Source: the human T2T-CHM13v2.0 reference genome, Homo sapiens. From it: 64,000 nucleotides of DNA. Shown piece by piece: positions 27,274 to 42,249 of the stretch. The DNA lies in assembly GCF_009914755.1 (NCBI RefSeq), contig NC_060942.1; one strand, given 5' to 3'. The translations under genes were made by a program, and so were the position numbers. Each line of letters opens with the position of its first letter. Within the stretch, counting starts at the first letter, position 1. The notes beneath the pieces were generated by a model. That model worked only from the letters and a program-made list of their open reading frames with translations. It made no database searches and had not been told where the DNA came from.

Positions 27274-27699
27274 GCTCAATAAACACTTTTAAGTAAACAA
27301 TGAGTGCTCTCAAACTTTCCGTTCTGCTGATCTTTTTTCCAGCTTTATGGAAGTATGGCCGATAAATTAAAAATTGTATTACAGTTTTAAAAATAAATAA
27401 ATTATTTTATACCTTTTATTTTTTTAACCCCATTAATTCTATTATGACTGCCTCAGTGCTCAGGAATGGGAACAAAATCCTATTATACCATCACAAATGA
27501 TAATGATAAAGAAAAGAGGGATGTAGATACCTTTAAAAATAAGCACACCTATAGAGAGAATTCCAAAATAAAATTGGACTTTTAAAAGTCCTATCAAAAT
27601 AAATAGCTGAAAGTCTCCTGATCCAGGTGAAATACTAAAGCAGTCTATGGCATTGAGGGAGGCTACAGCCTAGGGTGGGGTGAGGGTGCAAAATAATCT

Positions 27700-28399
27700 G
27701 AAAATAAGCAACAACAGATTTTCTTAGCTTGGTTTAAAGTAAGTAAAACAAGCAAATGAGAAGCGACTGCTAGGGAACAATGGCATAAGGTTAACACTTC
27801 AGTAGAAAGGCAGAGTTAGTTCCAGGTTGTTTTTCTTCTCTATGAAAGAACTAACATTCAATCTGGAAAGAGTGGAATAATCATAATAAAAAAAGATCAT
27901 AAAAGTTTACAAAACTAAATATTATCCAGTTTCTAAGAATTCTATCCAGTGTTCAAAGAATGCTCAGCTGTTATCCCTCAGTCATCTTTGAGGAATTATT
28001 AAAAATAGAAGAAGAGCTAAAAGGCTGAGGATGAGAAATTGTTGTGCCAATTTTCCAAAAGAAGGGTGAAAAGTGAATTCACTAAGTGGTAAGTGACTCC
28101 TGAGGAAATCTAGTCTGAATTATTAAGCCAGTCATTAGAGGAAAAAATACAGTGATTTCAGTAGGAGCCAACAGGGAATCACCAGGAATGTGTTGAGCCA
28201 ATGTGATTTCAATCATACCAATAGAGCTGCTTGGAGAATAGATTATGAATATGTTAAGGCATAAAGTCTCTGAATTTTAGAAAAGCACTTGAAAAAGCCC
28301 AATACTTCCTTGTAGACAAAAAGATATCGATGGAAAACAATAAAAGGGAGGTTAATTTTATAGTTTTTCAATAATCATAACATCAAAAAATGTTAATTG
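27700..28399 (+). mobile_element. L3/CR1 ORF2 (RT region) relic, part 1
   Basis: Degenerate CR1 RT peptides: PLSVIFEE (CCTCAGTCATCTTTGAGGAA), VVPIF (GTTGTGCCAATTTTC), RSQQGITRN, and NFRKALEK (compare DFSKAFDK). Confidence 0.7.
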
Positions 28400-29228
28400 C
28401 AAGGAATCAAAACATACTACTAGAGAAAATCACTTAGCCACAAAGGAAGTAAGAGAGAAAGAAAGGATCTACAACCAACTAGAAATGGCAGTACTAAGTC
28501 CCTGTCTATCAATATTTTCCTTGAATGTAAATGAATTATATTATCTAATTAAAAGACAGAAAGTGGTTAAACGATTGAAAAAACAAACAAACAAACAAAC
28601 AAAACCCAGAACCCAACTACATGCTGCCTGCAAGAGACTTGCTTCACTTGTAAGGACACACATAGACTGAAAGTGATAGATTGGAAAAACATATTCCATG
28701 CAACTGGTAACTAAAATAGACTAGGAGTAGCTATATTTATTTCAGATAAAGTATTCTTTACGTCAAAAACTGTAAAAATGACAAAAAATGTTATTATATA
28801 ACAAGAAAAAGGGCTAATGATAAAACAATCATAAATATATATGCACCCAACATCGGAGCACCAAAATATATAAGGCAAATATTAATAGATCTAAAGGGAG
28901 AGATAGACTGCAATATTATAATAGTAGGAAACTTTAACACCCCACTGTTATCAATGAACAGATCATCCAGTCATCAGATTTAAACTGTACTCTAGACAAA
29001 ATGGACCTAACAAACATTTACAAAAGATTCCATCTAACAGCTATAGAATGAACATTCTTCTCAACTGCATATGGAACATTCTCTAGGAAAGATTATGTTA
29101 GGCCACAAAACAACTCTCAACAAATTTAAGAAGATCAAAATTATATCAAGTATCTGTTCTGACCACAATAGTATTAAACTAGAAATCAATAACAGGAGAA
29201 ATCTCAAAAATTTTACAAATAAGTGGAA

Positions 29229-29554
29229 TTTTTTTTATTTTTTTATTTATTTTTTATTTTTTTTATTTTTTTTGAGATGGAGTCTTGCTCTGTCACCCAG
29301 GCTGGAGTACAGTGACATGATCTCAGCTCACTGCAACCTCCGCCTCCCGGGTTCACGCCATTCTCCTGCCTCAGCCTTCTGAGTAGCTGGGACTATAGGT
29401 GCCCGCCACCATGCCTGGCTAATCTTTTGTATTTTTAGTGGAGACAGGGTTTCACTGTGTTGGCCAGGATGGTCTTGATCTCCTGATCTCATGATCCGCC
29501 CGCCTCAGCCTCCCAAAGTGCTGGGATTATAGGCCTGAGCCACCACACCCGGCC
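29229..29554 (-). mobile_element. Alu (Sc/Y-like)
   Basis: GGGTTCACGCCATTCTCC and GGATGGTCTTGATCTCC. TSD ATAAGTGGAA at 29219-29228 and 29555-29564. Confidence 0.95.
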
Positions 29555-29965
29555 ATAAGTGGAAATTAAAAAACAGTCTCCAAAACAACAAATGAGTCAA
29601 TGAAGAAATTAAAAAGAGAAATGTAAAAAGTTTTTAAGACAAATGAAAATGGAAGAACAGCATACCAAAGCCTATGGAATACAACAAAAGCAATTCTTAG
29701 AAGGAGAGGGACGTTTATAACAATAAATGCTTACATCAGAAAAGAAAGATCTCAAATAAACACCTAAGCATTGCACCTCAAAGAACTAGAAAAACAAGAG
29801 CAAACTAAACCCAAAAATAGTAGAACAAAATAAATAATAAAGATCAGTGCAGAAATAAATAAAATAGAGACTAAAAATATATGAAAGATTAATGAAACAA
29901 AGAATTGTTTTTTTGAGAAGATAATCAAAATCAACAAACCTTTAGCTAAACTAAGAAAACAAAGG

Positions 29966-30303
<338 letters not shown>

Positions 30304-30484
30304 TTAAAGATGAATTAGGAAATATTACAACTGATACCACAGAAATAAAAAGAATCATAAGAAACTATTATGACAAATGTACACCAACAAATTGCAAAAC
30401 CTAGAAGAAATTGGATAAATTCCTGGGCACATACAATCCACCAAGATTGAACCATGAAGAAATAGAAAGTCTAAACAGACAAAT

Positions 30485-30902
30485 TGATATGGTTTGGATC
30501 TGTGTCCCCACTCAAATCCCACGTTTAATTGTAATCCCCAGTGTTGGAATGGGGCCTGGTAGGAGGTGATTGGATCATGGGGGTGCATCCTTCATGAATG
30601 GTTTAGCACAATCCTCTTGGTTCTGTTCTCATGATAGTAAGTTCTTGCAAGATCCAGTTGTTTAAAAGTGTGTAGCACCACCCCCTTCACTGTATCTCTT
30701 GTTCCTGTTCCCACCAGCTGAGACATCTTGCTGTCTCTTTGCCTTCCACCATAATTGGATGCTTCCTGAACCCTTCCCAGAAGCAGAAGCAGCATTACTT
30801 CCTGTACAGGCTGCAAAACCATGAGCCAATTAGACCTCTTTTTTTAATAAATTAGCCAGTCTCAGGTATTTCTTTATAGCAATGGGAGAATGGACAAATA
30901 CA
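30485..30902 (+). mobile_element. MSTA-like MaLR solo LTR
   Basis: Starts TGATATGGTTTGGATCTGTGTCCCCAC and ends TTCTTTATAGCAATGGGAGAATGGACAAATACA. 5-bp TSD CAAAT/CCAAT. Confidence 0.92.
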
Positions 30903-33713
30903 CCAATAATGTGAAAGAAGACTGAATCGATAATAAAACGTCTCCCCTCAGAGAAAAGTCCAAGACCTGATGGTTTCACATATGAATTCTACCAAATATT
31001 TAAAGAACTAATACCAATACTTCTCAAATTATTCCAAAAAAATTAAAAAGGAGGGAATTCTTTCAAACTCATTCTATTAGGCAGCAAAGAATGAGCAAAA
31101 CCCAGGTAAGTACACAACAACAACAATAAAACTACAGGCCAATATCTCTGATGAATGTAGGTGCAAAAATTCTCAACAAAATTCTTGCAAACCAAATTCA
31201 ATGGCCCACTAAAAATATCATTCACCATAATCAAGTGAGATTCATTCCAAGGATGGTTCAATATACACAATCATTAAATGTAATACATCATATTAAGAGA
31301 ATGAAAGACAAAAGCCATATGATTGTTTTAATAGATTTTAATAGATGCAAAAAAAAATCTGACAAAATTCAACATCACTTCATGATAAAAACTATCAGTA
31401 AATTAGGCATAAAACACATATATTTCAACACAATAAAGCCCATATATGACAAACCCACAGATAACAACATATTTAACAAGAAAATGTTGAAAGCTTCTCC
31501 TCTAAGATCTGGAATAAGACAAGGATGCCCACTTTCACCACTCTTACTCAGCACAGTACCAGAAGTCCTAGCCACAGCAACTAGGCAAAAGAAAGAAATA
31601 AAAGTCATATAAATTGGAAAGAAGAAATTAAATTGCCCTATTTGCTAATGGCATGATTTTACAGAGACAAAACCATAAACACTCCACTAAAAAGGTGCTA
31701 GAACTAATAAACAAATTCAGTAAAGTTGCAGGCTACAAAATCAACATACAAAAATCAGTAATGTTTATACTAGTAGCAAACTATCAGAAAAAGAAATCAA
31801 GCAAGGAATTTCATTTACAATAGCTACAAAGAAATAAAATAAAATAAAATAAGAATAAATGTAACCAAGGAGGTGAAAGATCTCTACAATGAAAATTATA
31901 AAACATTAATGAAAGAAATTGAAGAAGAGACAAATAAATGGAAAGCTATCCTATGTTCATGAATTGGAAGGATTCATACTGTTAAAATAGCCAGACTACT
32001 GAAAGCAATATACAGATTTAATGCCACCCCCATCAAAATACCAATGACATTCTTCAAAAAAGCATTTGAAAATACTAAAATTCATATGGAACCACGAGAG
32101 ACCCCAAATAGCTGAAGTAATCTTAAGCAAAAAGAAAAAATCTGGAGGCATCACGCTACCTGACCTCAAAGAATACTACAGAGCTACAGTAACCAAAACA
32201 GCGTTAAAAACAGACATACAGACCAATGGAACAGAATAGAGAGCTCAGAAATAAATCTTCACATTACAGCCAACTGATTTTTTACAAAGGTGCCAAGAAC
32301 ACACATTGAGGAAAGGAGAGTTCTCTTCAATAAATGATGCTGGAAAAACTGGATATCCACATGCAGAAGAATGTAAACCCTTATCTCTCACTATACACAA
32401 AAATTAACTTAAAATAAATTAGAGACTCAAAGGTAATACCAGAAACTATCAAACTACTAGAAGAAAACATAGCTGAAATGCTTCATTCATATTATTGGTC
32501 TGGGCAAGGTTTTCTTGAATAAGACCTCAAAAGTACAAGCAACAAAAGCAAAAATAGACAAATGGGATTATATCAAACTAAAAAGTTTTTCATAGCAAAG
32601 GAAACAAACAACAGAGTGAAAAGACAACCTACACAGAATGGGAGAAAAATATTTTCAAACTATACATCTGACAAGGAGTTAATATCCAAAATATATAAGA
32701 AACTTAAACAACTAGCCCAAGATACAAATAACCTGATTTTAAAATGGGCAAAAGACCTATAGAGACATTTCTCAAAAGAAGACATACAAATAGCCAACAA
32801 GTATACGAAAAGATGCTCAACATCACTAACATCACTAATCATCAGGGAAATGCAAATCAAAACCACGATGAGATATCACTTCATCCCAGTTAGAATGGCC
32901 ATTGTGAAAAAGACAAAAGATAACAAATGCTGACAAAAATGTAGAGAAAGGAGAACCCTAAAACACTGTCGGTAGGAATGTAAATTGGTAAAGCCATATG
33001 GGAAACAATATGGAGGTTCCTCAAAAAATTAAAAATAGACTACCATGTGATTCAGCAATCCTACTACTGGGTATATTATCCAAAAGAATTGAAATTAGTA
33101 TGTCAAAGAGGTATCTGAAAATCTATGTTTATCACAGACTGTTCACAATAGCCAAGACATGGAATCAACCTAAGTGTCCATCAACAGATGAATAAAGGAA
33201 AATGTGATATGTATACATAATAGAATATTATTCAGCCATGAAAAGAATAAAATTCTGCCATTTGTGACAACATGGATGAACATGGAGAACATTATATTAA
33301 GTGATATAAGCCATGCACAGAAAGACAAATACTGCGTAATCTCACTTCTAAGTAGAATCTAAAAAAGTTGATCACATAAAAGTAGAGAGCAGAATGGTGA
33401 TTAACAGAGGCTAGGATTTTTGGAGCAGAAGGGAAGGGGAGATGTTGGTCAAAGCATGTATAATTACAGCTAGGAGGAATACATTTCAAGAGATCTATTG
33501 TACAACGAGATGAATATAGTTAATGATGATATATTGTATTCTTGAAAAATATAGAGAAGATGTTATGTACTCTTACCACAAAAAATGATAACTATATGAG
33601 GTAATGCATTTGTTAATTAGCTAGATTTATCTATTCCAGAAAACATGCTGTACATGATAAAAACTTACAATATTATTTGCCCATTTAAAATAGATAAATA
33701 AATGTGTTAATTG

Positions 33714-34960
33714 ATGGCATGGGAAAAAATTCTGTCCCTCTCAAAATTTTTATTAGTAACCAAGGTGAAGATATGGAAAGTATGCTTATTCAATTTAAGG
33801 AAGACACAAAGCTGGGAGAGTTAACCCAAGCCCATATATTTCTCAGGACTCTTGATTACAAGTGAAAGAAGCCCGGTTTAAATTACCCTCAGAAAACAAA
33901 TTGTTCAGTGGATAAATTACTTCAGGCATAGTTGTGTCCAGTTGCTCAGATAAAGCAACCAAGCATCAGACTTTTTCTACATTTTGGCTCTACTTTCCTC
34001 GGTGCTTGCTTCATTTTCAGGCAGTTTCTCCCAAGTGAGGTCAATTATGGCATTAGCATCTCCAGGCTTATGTTCTACCAGCTCAACAATCATAATGAAA
34101 AGAATGGCCCTCTTGCCCAAGAGTTCTGGTCAAACTCTTAGGTTGAGGCTTATTGCCCTGACTTGAGACATGTGCCCATCACTAATTCAATCACAGTGAT
34201 TTAATGCTTTAAATCACTTCACTTGTCCAAGCTTGAGGTGGTGTGTCCTCTCATAGCCCAAAGTCTAAGAACAGGGAGAGAGTTTTCTCCAAAAGATTCT
34301 ACACAGGCAAAATATAATGAACAAGTACACCAAAAATAATAGGCTAAGATAATCATTTAAAAGAAAAACAAGATTAAATAATAAAAGTACTGAGCTTGAT
34401 TTAAAACAATCAATTTTATAAATTAAAGATGAGAATGGACCACATTTGTCAACAAACCATGTGAAAAATATTAGAAGTTGTGTTAGACAATAAGCTCATT
34501 ATGAACCAACAATGTGTTACAGAAACTGGAAGAACTAATTTAATTTTAGGTTGCCTTAATAGAAAAATCATAACCCAATTATGGGATGTTATGGTCCCAC
34601 TGTTTTCTTCATCGGTCAGATCATAGCTGAATGTTACATTCTAGAAGAATATTCACAAAGTCCAGTGCATCCAGAGGAGGCTGACAAGGATAAAGACCTA
34701 AAGCATCAGCTAGAGGAAGACCTGAGGAAGTTGGGGAGTTCCATCTTGGAAAAGAGATCACTAAATTATAGCAATGTTTAAATATTTGAAATGTAATCCT
34801 ATGGCTATAAGACTGACTTCCTCTCTGCTACTTCAGTGGGAAGAGCTAGTACCTTTAGAGAAATGAAAGGGAAATGGATTTGGATTAGTTTAACAAGTAA
34901 TACTGTCCAGCAAAATAATTGGCTCCCCTGAGATACAGCGAGCTTCTCGCAAATGTAATT
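33714..34960 (+). mobile_element. L3/CR1 relic, part 2 (split by an MLT1 LTR)
   Basis: GAAGATATGGAAAGTATGCTTATTCAATTTAAGGAAGACACAAAGCTGGGA encodes EDMESMLIQFKEDTKLG (compare KFADDTKLG). Later ANLILGCLNR and QCIQRRLTR. Confidence 0.75.
33835..34328 (-). mobile_element. Old MaLR LTR (MLT1K/L-like)
   Basis: TCAGGACTCTTGATTACAAGTGAAAGAAGCCC, CTTCAGGCATAGTTG and CATGTGCCCATCACTAATTCAATCAC. Confidence 0.65.
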
Positions 34961-37900
34961 ATTAGGAATGCCATAGGATTATGTTGGTCACTAGTCAACT
35001 CCTGATCTATCTCTCCCAACTCTTAAAGCTATAGTCAAGGGATTACATGAGTATCTTCCCCATTATGGGCAAGTTAACAGGAAATTCAGCCCCTTTCTAT
35101 ATTTTCAGTAGTGAGTGAAAGACTCAGAGCTTTTGAATCTGCTGCACGAATATTACTAAAACCTCTCGCCACCCATGGACTGGAAGAAGTTCAGCACTAT
35201 GTGGGAGAAAACTCCATGTGGAAAAACCTTGGAAGACAAGACACCAAGGAAATTGAGGGTTTGGGCAAATGTCTGTCTCACCTGGCACCCTCATGCATTG
35301 GTCCAAACTCAGTGTGTGTTCTAAGTTAATTAAAACATCACTACCTGATAATTATTTTTATATCTACTTCTTCAGGGAAATGGTTCAAAATTCTATTAAA
35401 GATGTTTTAATCATCCCTTGATTTCATTACCCATGTTATTTTATAACATAGATATTGTAAAAAAAAAAAAAAGTAATAAAGTAGCAAGTACATTGCAAAA
35501 ATGTAGTAAAACATCTGAAAGTGTTTAATAAATGTCAAACAGTGTATACATGTAAGGAGTTATTGTAATTATTATTCATTCCATCATGGCATAGATAACT
35601 TAGAATTGGCTATATTAAAATTTTCTTTAGAAAAATATGAGAATTCACTAAATCCTCAGAAGACATAAAATAAGCAGGTAAAAGATATCAAATTTCTTTG
35701 AATTGAGAACTACAGTAGTTCCAGCCTAAGGAGATGTTACATTGATAGTGCATACTTAAATATCACTGAATTGCCATGAGGAGAAAATGAAATTTTGCGA
35801 AAAGTGCTTTCTGAGATGTTGTATAATTCCAAAGTCAAAATGTTATCATTATTCTGTTCTCATTATTAACTATGTTTTTATTATTATACTACAAGGAATT
35901 GGCTTCAGGAATATAGATATCTGGACTAAACCAACTCTACTTGATAATTAATACCAGAATTCTGGCACCCAGAGTGGGCAAAATCAGGTACAAGTTTTCT
36001 TACATGTGGATGGTTCAAATACATTAAATCAGTCCCTGGTAGATTTCATTTTTAATTACTATCAGAGGACATAATGTCAAACATAGGGACTTTGTGGTCA
36101 CTCTGTATATCACAGATTGCTCTTATAATAGTCCTTATGTTAGCAAAATTGCATGGTAAAAGCACTAGATCAATAATAAAAGTATGTTGAAGACCTATAT
36201 TAAGACTATATACTTAAAAGAAATCATTGAAACCATTTTGATTCTCCATTACCATAATTCCCAAAGACCAATAAGTAGGATTCGTAAAGCCTAAATATTC
36301 TGTAAATGTATGAGAGCTGCTTTTTTAACAAGCTGAATCTCATCGTCTGGGATGGGGGATAATAAGAACTCATGAGACTGGAACTTCTCATTTCACAAAT
36401 GAGAAAACAGGGGTTCGTGGCAAATAAATGCCTTATGTATCATCCATTTTGAAGTCCAATCTCAACAACAAGAGACTTCAACAAGAGACTGGCATCTGTA
36501 GTATTTCTTATGAGAATTTTACATATTCTTATGGTAAAATATGACCACATATTTAATAAAACCCAATATGTCCATAATCCTTTTCCTTCATGGTCATTAT
36601 CCCTACCAAATAAATATTATTAAACATGTGTAAGGAGGCCAGGTTTAAATTGGATGTTGTACTTGAAGGTCTATGATTCATTTCTGGTAATAACCAAGAT
36701 TATAATCAGAAAGGAATAAAAATATTGCCCAACATATCTACATACACAAATATGTAGGAAACTAGAACTGCACTACTTTACATGCACAAGGTCTGTAAAG
36801 AAACATGTTCATACGTGTATAGCTGTGAAAAATGGGAAAGATTTGTTAAAAAAAAAAAAGATTAACAGGAAATATTGACCTTGTTTCCACTTGGGGTCAA
36901 AAAAATGCAAAGAGATTCTTTCATATATTTTATTTCCCTGAGGAAAGTATGTTAGTTTAAAAAAATCTCTGAGCAATGAAATCTCTCTAGTTTCCAGTGG
37001 TGCTTTCTTTTTCTAGTACTATTTTACCTCAGAATTACTTTTGCCTTGTTGAAAGCAAAAAGGCAAAATTTGGCAAACTTTAACCCAGTCAAAATGGATG
37101 TTAATTGCAGTGTTATAACACTAACTTGCGCATCCTTACTCAACCATAGGAAACTCATTATGTCCCCATTTAACGTTCTGAAAACATTTTTAGACCATTT
37201 GTAGGTTCAAATGGAAATAAATATGACTGTAAGTGTAGAATTGTCATTTTAATCAAATTGAATTTTCCAATTAGAGAAAGAAGTCTTACTAAGATTACCC
37301 ATAATTCATATTCATAGAAGACTTCAGTTTGGGTTGTAGAACTCTGAAAGACCATTTCAAACAAGAAATTTGGATTCTTAGAGTGATGTATTTATCAGCA
37401 TATGTTATTGGTGACTTTTTAAGCACTAAAATACTTTTTATAATAATGTATTAATGATCCATAGTATAAATCTTTTAAGATACTGGCTGATTTAGAGTTC
37501 AAAGGTTAAATTTTGAAAATGATGAGAAACTGGACAAATGTATTTCCAAACAGCATCATCACTTTAACAGGAACAAAGAGTTGAAATTTTGCTTTTCATA
37601 ATAAATAAAAATCCTTATACTCTTTTAGTGCTATTGTCTAAATGCTCATCTATGCTGGTTTGAAAAAAGCATATGACTATAATATCTATAAAATGTAATA
37701 AGAGAAATCAAATCAAAACAGAATGTTAAATCTGGTCAGCTTGAAGAGTTTAATAGTACCATTAATAATACATCCATAAACTGTGTTCATTTAAATACCA
37801 AAGTTGAGTTCTTAAGCAGAATAAATAAATATACACCGTAGAATCCAAGACTTTTTAGGATGACTCATTACTTTCAGTCCTGACATTCAGCTAATGATGA

Positions 37901-38349
37901 TATATTACACTGTGTTTATATCACATTGCATTTATATTACATTAGGAACAATCTTTATGACCTGATGTTCAGGGTTGTTTTTTCTTAAAATTTCTCCCAA
38001 ACTTACACAGTTTTCTAAACATTTGAATTCAAAAGGCACAAGTCTATGCACTATAATTAACATGCTGCCTGAGGTTTATAAGATTTAGGAAGCAAGAACT
38101 TCCAAGATTCCTGAAGCGATCTAACCCCACAAGACAGATGGTCTGCAAACATCTGATCAGCAGGCTCAGGATTAGGTCTAGGCAGAAGAGGCTGTGACCC
38201 CAGATGTGTGATTGGAGGGCATTAAAAAATGTCTTCTGTTCCACCTCTGGTCTGAATAGTATTTGTTATTCTGTTTACAAAAAGATGCATCCATGTGGGT
38301 CATGGTTGCATCTGCCAGAGTCCCCTGTTAAAATTTATCCTGTACATGG

Positions 38350-38920
38350 CTGAATACATTTGTTGAATAAATATTTACTAAGTGCCTACTATGTTCTAAG
38401 TACCAGGAGTAATATTGAGAGGCTTGAGCTATAGGGTTGCAGAAACACTAGGAAGTAAAAAAGAAATTTTAGGAACAGAAAAATCTGGGTTCAAACCTTA
38501 TCACCACCACCTCTTACAAGCTGTAGAACCATGGATAAGTAAGTCAGTCTCAATTTCCTGACTTGTAAAATAGGGATATTAGTACCCATATCTATCATGG
38601 AGTATGGATCATAATTGATTGAAGCATGGTTAAGCTAAGCGTTTGGAGGGGATTTAGGGGAGTTCCTGGCACATATGAAATATTCAATAATTATGGCTGT
38701 TGTTAATATTGTTATGAGCCATAGATACTACACTCAGGGAATTTAAAGTGAAATAGGAAGATACGGTATCTGCACACATAACTATGATACAAAGTAGAAA
38801 GAACAGTTCAGAGAAAGCAAGATGGTCTCCAGAAGTAGGAGTCCAGGAAAGTTTGAGAAAAGAAGTCACAGTTGAGCTGGATCCTGAAATTTGAGCAAAC
38901 ATTTCTAGAAAAAATAGCAA
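38350..38920. mobile_element. L2 (minus strand) interrupted by MIR (plus strand, about 38470-38715)
   Basis: L2 tail AATAAATATTTACTAAGTGCCTACTATGTTCTAAGTAC; MIR TCTGGGTTCAAACC...TTGTAAAATAGGGATA...CCTGGCACATA; L2 resumes at TTGAGCTGGATCCTGAA. Confidence 0.7.
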
Positions 38921-40331
38921 GTATACCTAAATACCCAGTCAGGATTAGTGCATTCATTCATTCTCTATTCATTCATAATAAACAAACATTCTTGGAGTTT
39001 AAGAGAGCTTCATAAAGAGAAGGGGTACATTTTTGTTAATGTGAATGGTGAGTTCTGCAATTTTTCTGCTTTTGGGGAGGGTGGATCTGAGTAGAGTGTT
39101 AATGGCGGAGGCCAATCGTGAGTGCTGGGTGCCAATCTAAGGTAAATCACAGAGGAGGCGGGATACAGGGGAAGGACACAAGCAGAAAATGTCCCCTAAT
39201 TACTTAACAGTTTATTTAGGGAGAAGTGATTCGATTAGGAAAGGAATGAAATGTATACATGTACACTGGCTGAGTTCTGTAGATTAGAATACAAGGGATA
39301 GGAGATTTTGCATTGAGGGATTTTTAGTATTCCGTTTTATCTCCTGTATTGGCTTATTGGCTATGCATCTTTTTAGATTGTTTTCAATGGCTGCTCTAGG
39401 GTTTACGATATGCATCTTTAATATATCCCAGTCTACCTTCAAATAATTATTATACTACGTGACATATCACTGAAGAACTTTACATAGTATACCTTATACA
39501 ATACTGTACTTCCTTTTCTCTCCTCCTGTCCTTTCTGTTATTGTCACCATAAATTTTACTTATACATATTTTATTAACCCCACAATACATTATTATTATT
39601 ATTATTACCCTTGCTTTAAACCATCAGTTAACCTTTTAAAAGATATAAAAATGAAGGGAAAACATCCTTTATATTTACCAACATATTTACCATTCCTGTG
39701 CTCTTCATTCTGTCCCCACAATACCCCCAACCCCCACTACCCCGATCTGGAATTATTTTCCTTCTGCCAGAAAAACTTTCTGTAACATTTTTTAAAGTGC
39801 CAGTCCACTAGTAATGAAATCTCTCGGTGTCTATCTGAAAAAACCTTTTTATTTTACCTTCATTTTTAAGGATACTGTCTTTAGTATATAAAATTCTAAT
39901 TTGACAGATTTTTGTTTTTGTTTTTGTTTTTTAGTTTAGTACTTTAAAGATACATCATTGCTTTGGGCTTGCATATATCTGGTAAAAAATCTGTTATAAT
40001 TTTTTATTGTGTTTATTTACATGTAATATGTATTTTTCTTCTCTGGCTTCTTTTAAAATTCCTCTTTTTCATTGATTTTTAGCAATTTGATTACAAGGTG
40101 CCTTGGTATATTTTGTATGTGTGTTTGTGTTTTTCCTGCTTCATTTATTGAATATCTTGATCTATAAATTTATAGGTTTTGCCCAATTTTGAAAAAAAAA
40201 AAACAGCCATTATTTCTTCAAATAGTGCCCACCCCCATTCTTCTGGGGCCCCAGTTGCACAAATATTACACTGCTTGATATTGTCCTAAAAACCACTGAG
40301 ACTCAGTTAATTTTTTTAGGAAGTTCTTTTT

Positions 40332-40690
40332 GCAATTTCTGTTTTCTTTTTCTATTGTATGTATTTATCATATATAACATGATGTTTTCAAATATGTGTA
40401 CACTGTGAAATGGCTAAATCAAGCTAATTAATTTATATATTACCTCATACACTTACCATTTTTATGATAAGAACACAAAGTCTAGTCAGTAATTTGCAAA
40501 ATTACAATGTATTGTTATTAACTATAGTCACTATGTTGTACAATACATCTATTGAACTTATTCTTCCTGTATAATTGAAATTTTGTATATTTTGACCCCT
40601 CTTTCCCCTACCCTCAGCCCCTGGTGACCATTATTCTACTCTCTACTTCTGTGAATCCAACTTCTTAGATCCCACATATAAATTTTTAAA
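40332..40690 (-). mobile_element. L1MA8-like 3' fragment nested in L1M
   Basis: AAATGGCTAAATCAAGCTAATTAA and TATTAACTATAGTCACTATGTTGTACAATA. TSD AAGTTC(T/G)TTTT. Confidence 0.8.
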
Positions 40691-41651
40691 AAGTTCGTTT
40701 TTTAAATTGTTTTCTCTTTTTGCTTCATTCTTGATAGATTCTATTGCTGTGTTCTAATGTTCACTGACTTTTATTCTATGGTTCTATTTTACTGGTAATC
40801 CCATTCAGTGAAATTGTTTTTCTGATGTAGTTTTTGTCTCTAGAAGTTCCATTTGGGTCTTTATTGTATCTTCTTCTTTCCTTTTTATTATGTTCATGTT
40901 TTCTTTTATATAGTTTAACATAATTTTGTGATATCTGTCTTAACATTCTTGTCTACTAGTTCTGTCATCTTTGTCATTTCTAGTCAGTTTCTATTATTTT
41001 TTCTTATCATTTTGGCCTATATTTCCCTGCTCTTTGGCATATTTTTAAACTTTTTATTGGATACTGAACATTACTAATTTTCACATTGCCAAGTGCTAGA
41101 TGTTATTATGTTCCTTGAATGAGTATAGGGCTTTATTTTAGTGCTTATGTTATTGGAGGATCAGTTGGGTCACTTTAAGGTCTGTTTTTAACCTTCTTTG
41201 GGATGGGTCATGAGTAGCCTTTAATCCAGGTATTAAACTCTGCTACTGCTGTGTGACCTCTGCATACTGTTCACCTGAAAACCCTTGCTTGTCCTTGCTC
41301 CACATTGTGGTAATAGACTCTACTCATGCACAGCTTGGTATTTAATTAAGAGCCACAGGGATGAACTCCCGTGCAGATTTCTGGAGCTCTTGTTCTGCCT
41401 GGCTCCTTCCTTTCTACAACTCCACCTTGCAAATTTCAGCCGTTGTAGCCTCCTTAAACTGCAGTCACCATCTCCTCACCTCAGCGAGACCATCAGCCTT
41501 AGTTTGAGTTTTCTCTCCCTGTACCCATTGTGTAGAAATTGTTTTCAGACCAAATCTATGGGGATTATACAACTTGCCTCATGTGTTCCCTTCTCTAGGA
41601 GATCACAGTCCTGTGCCGCCTGCTGTCTAATGCCTATAAACAATTATTTTA

Positions 41652-41953
<302 letters not shown>

Positions 41954-42249
41954 TTATTAATTTTTTTGACAATTTTCTAATTTTCTGTAGAAGGGTAAGT
42001 TCACTCGTTCTTACCCCTCATGGCCAGAGAAGCACAATACAGGATTAGCAATGCTAAAGAAATAAATTCTGACTCTTCTGTGGTGAAAAACAACAATCAA
42101 AAGACCCAGGAGACATGGTGATGACACAAGATCACAGTCTATTAGAGCTCCTATATTTTAACAAACAACTACCAAGAAGCATTTGCTGATTTTACTGTGT
42201 GTATTTGGAGGAATATTTCTAGAGGAAAATTACAGGCCCCCATCCTATT

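Noticed and set aside
35105-35329. Acceptor-like TATTTTCAG followed by an open frame (SERLRAFESAARILLKPL...)
   Set aside because: I recognise no homology and see no convincing donor, so a coding exon cannot be supported.
36466-36490. 13-bp tandem duplication (CAACAAGAGACT), and another at about 63143-63173 (AAAGGGAGAGAGC)
   Set aside because: These are ordinary slippage duplications with no spacers, so they are not CRISPR-like.
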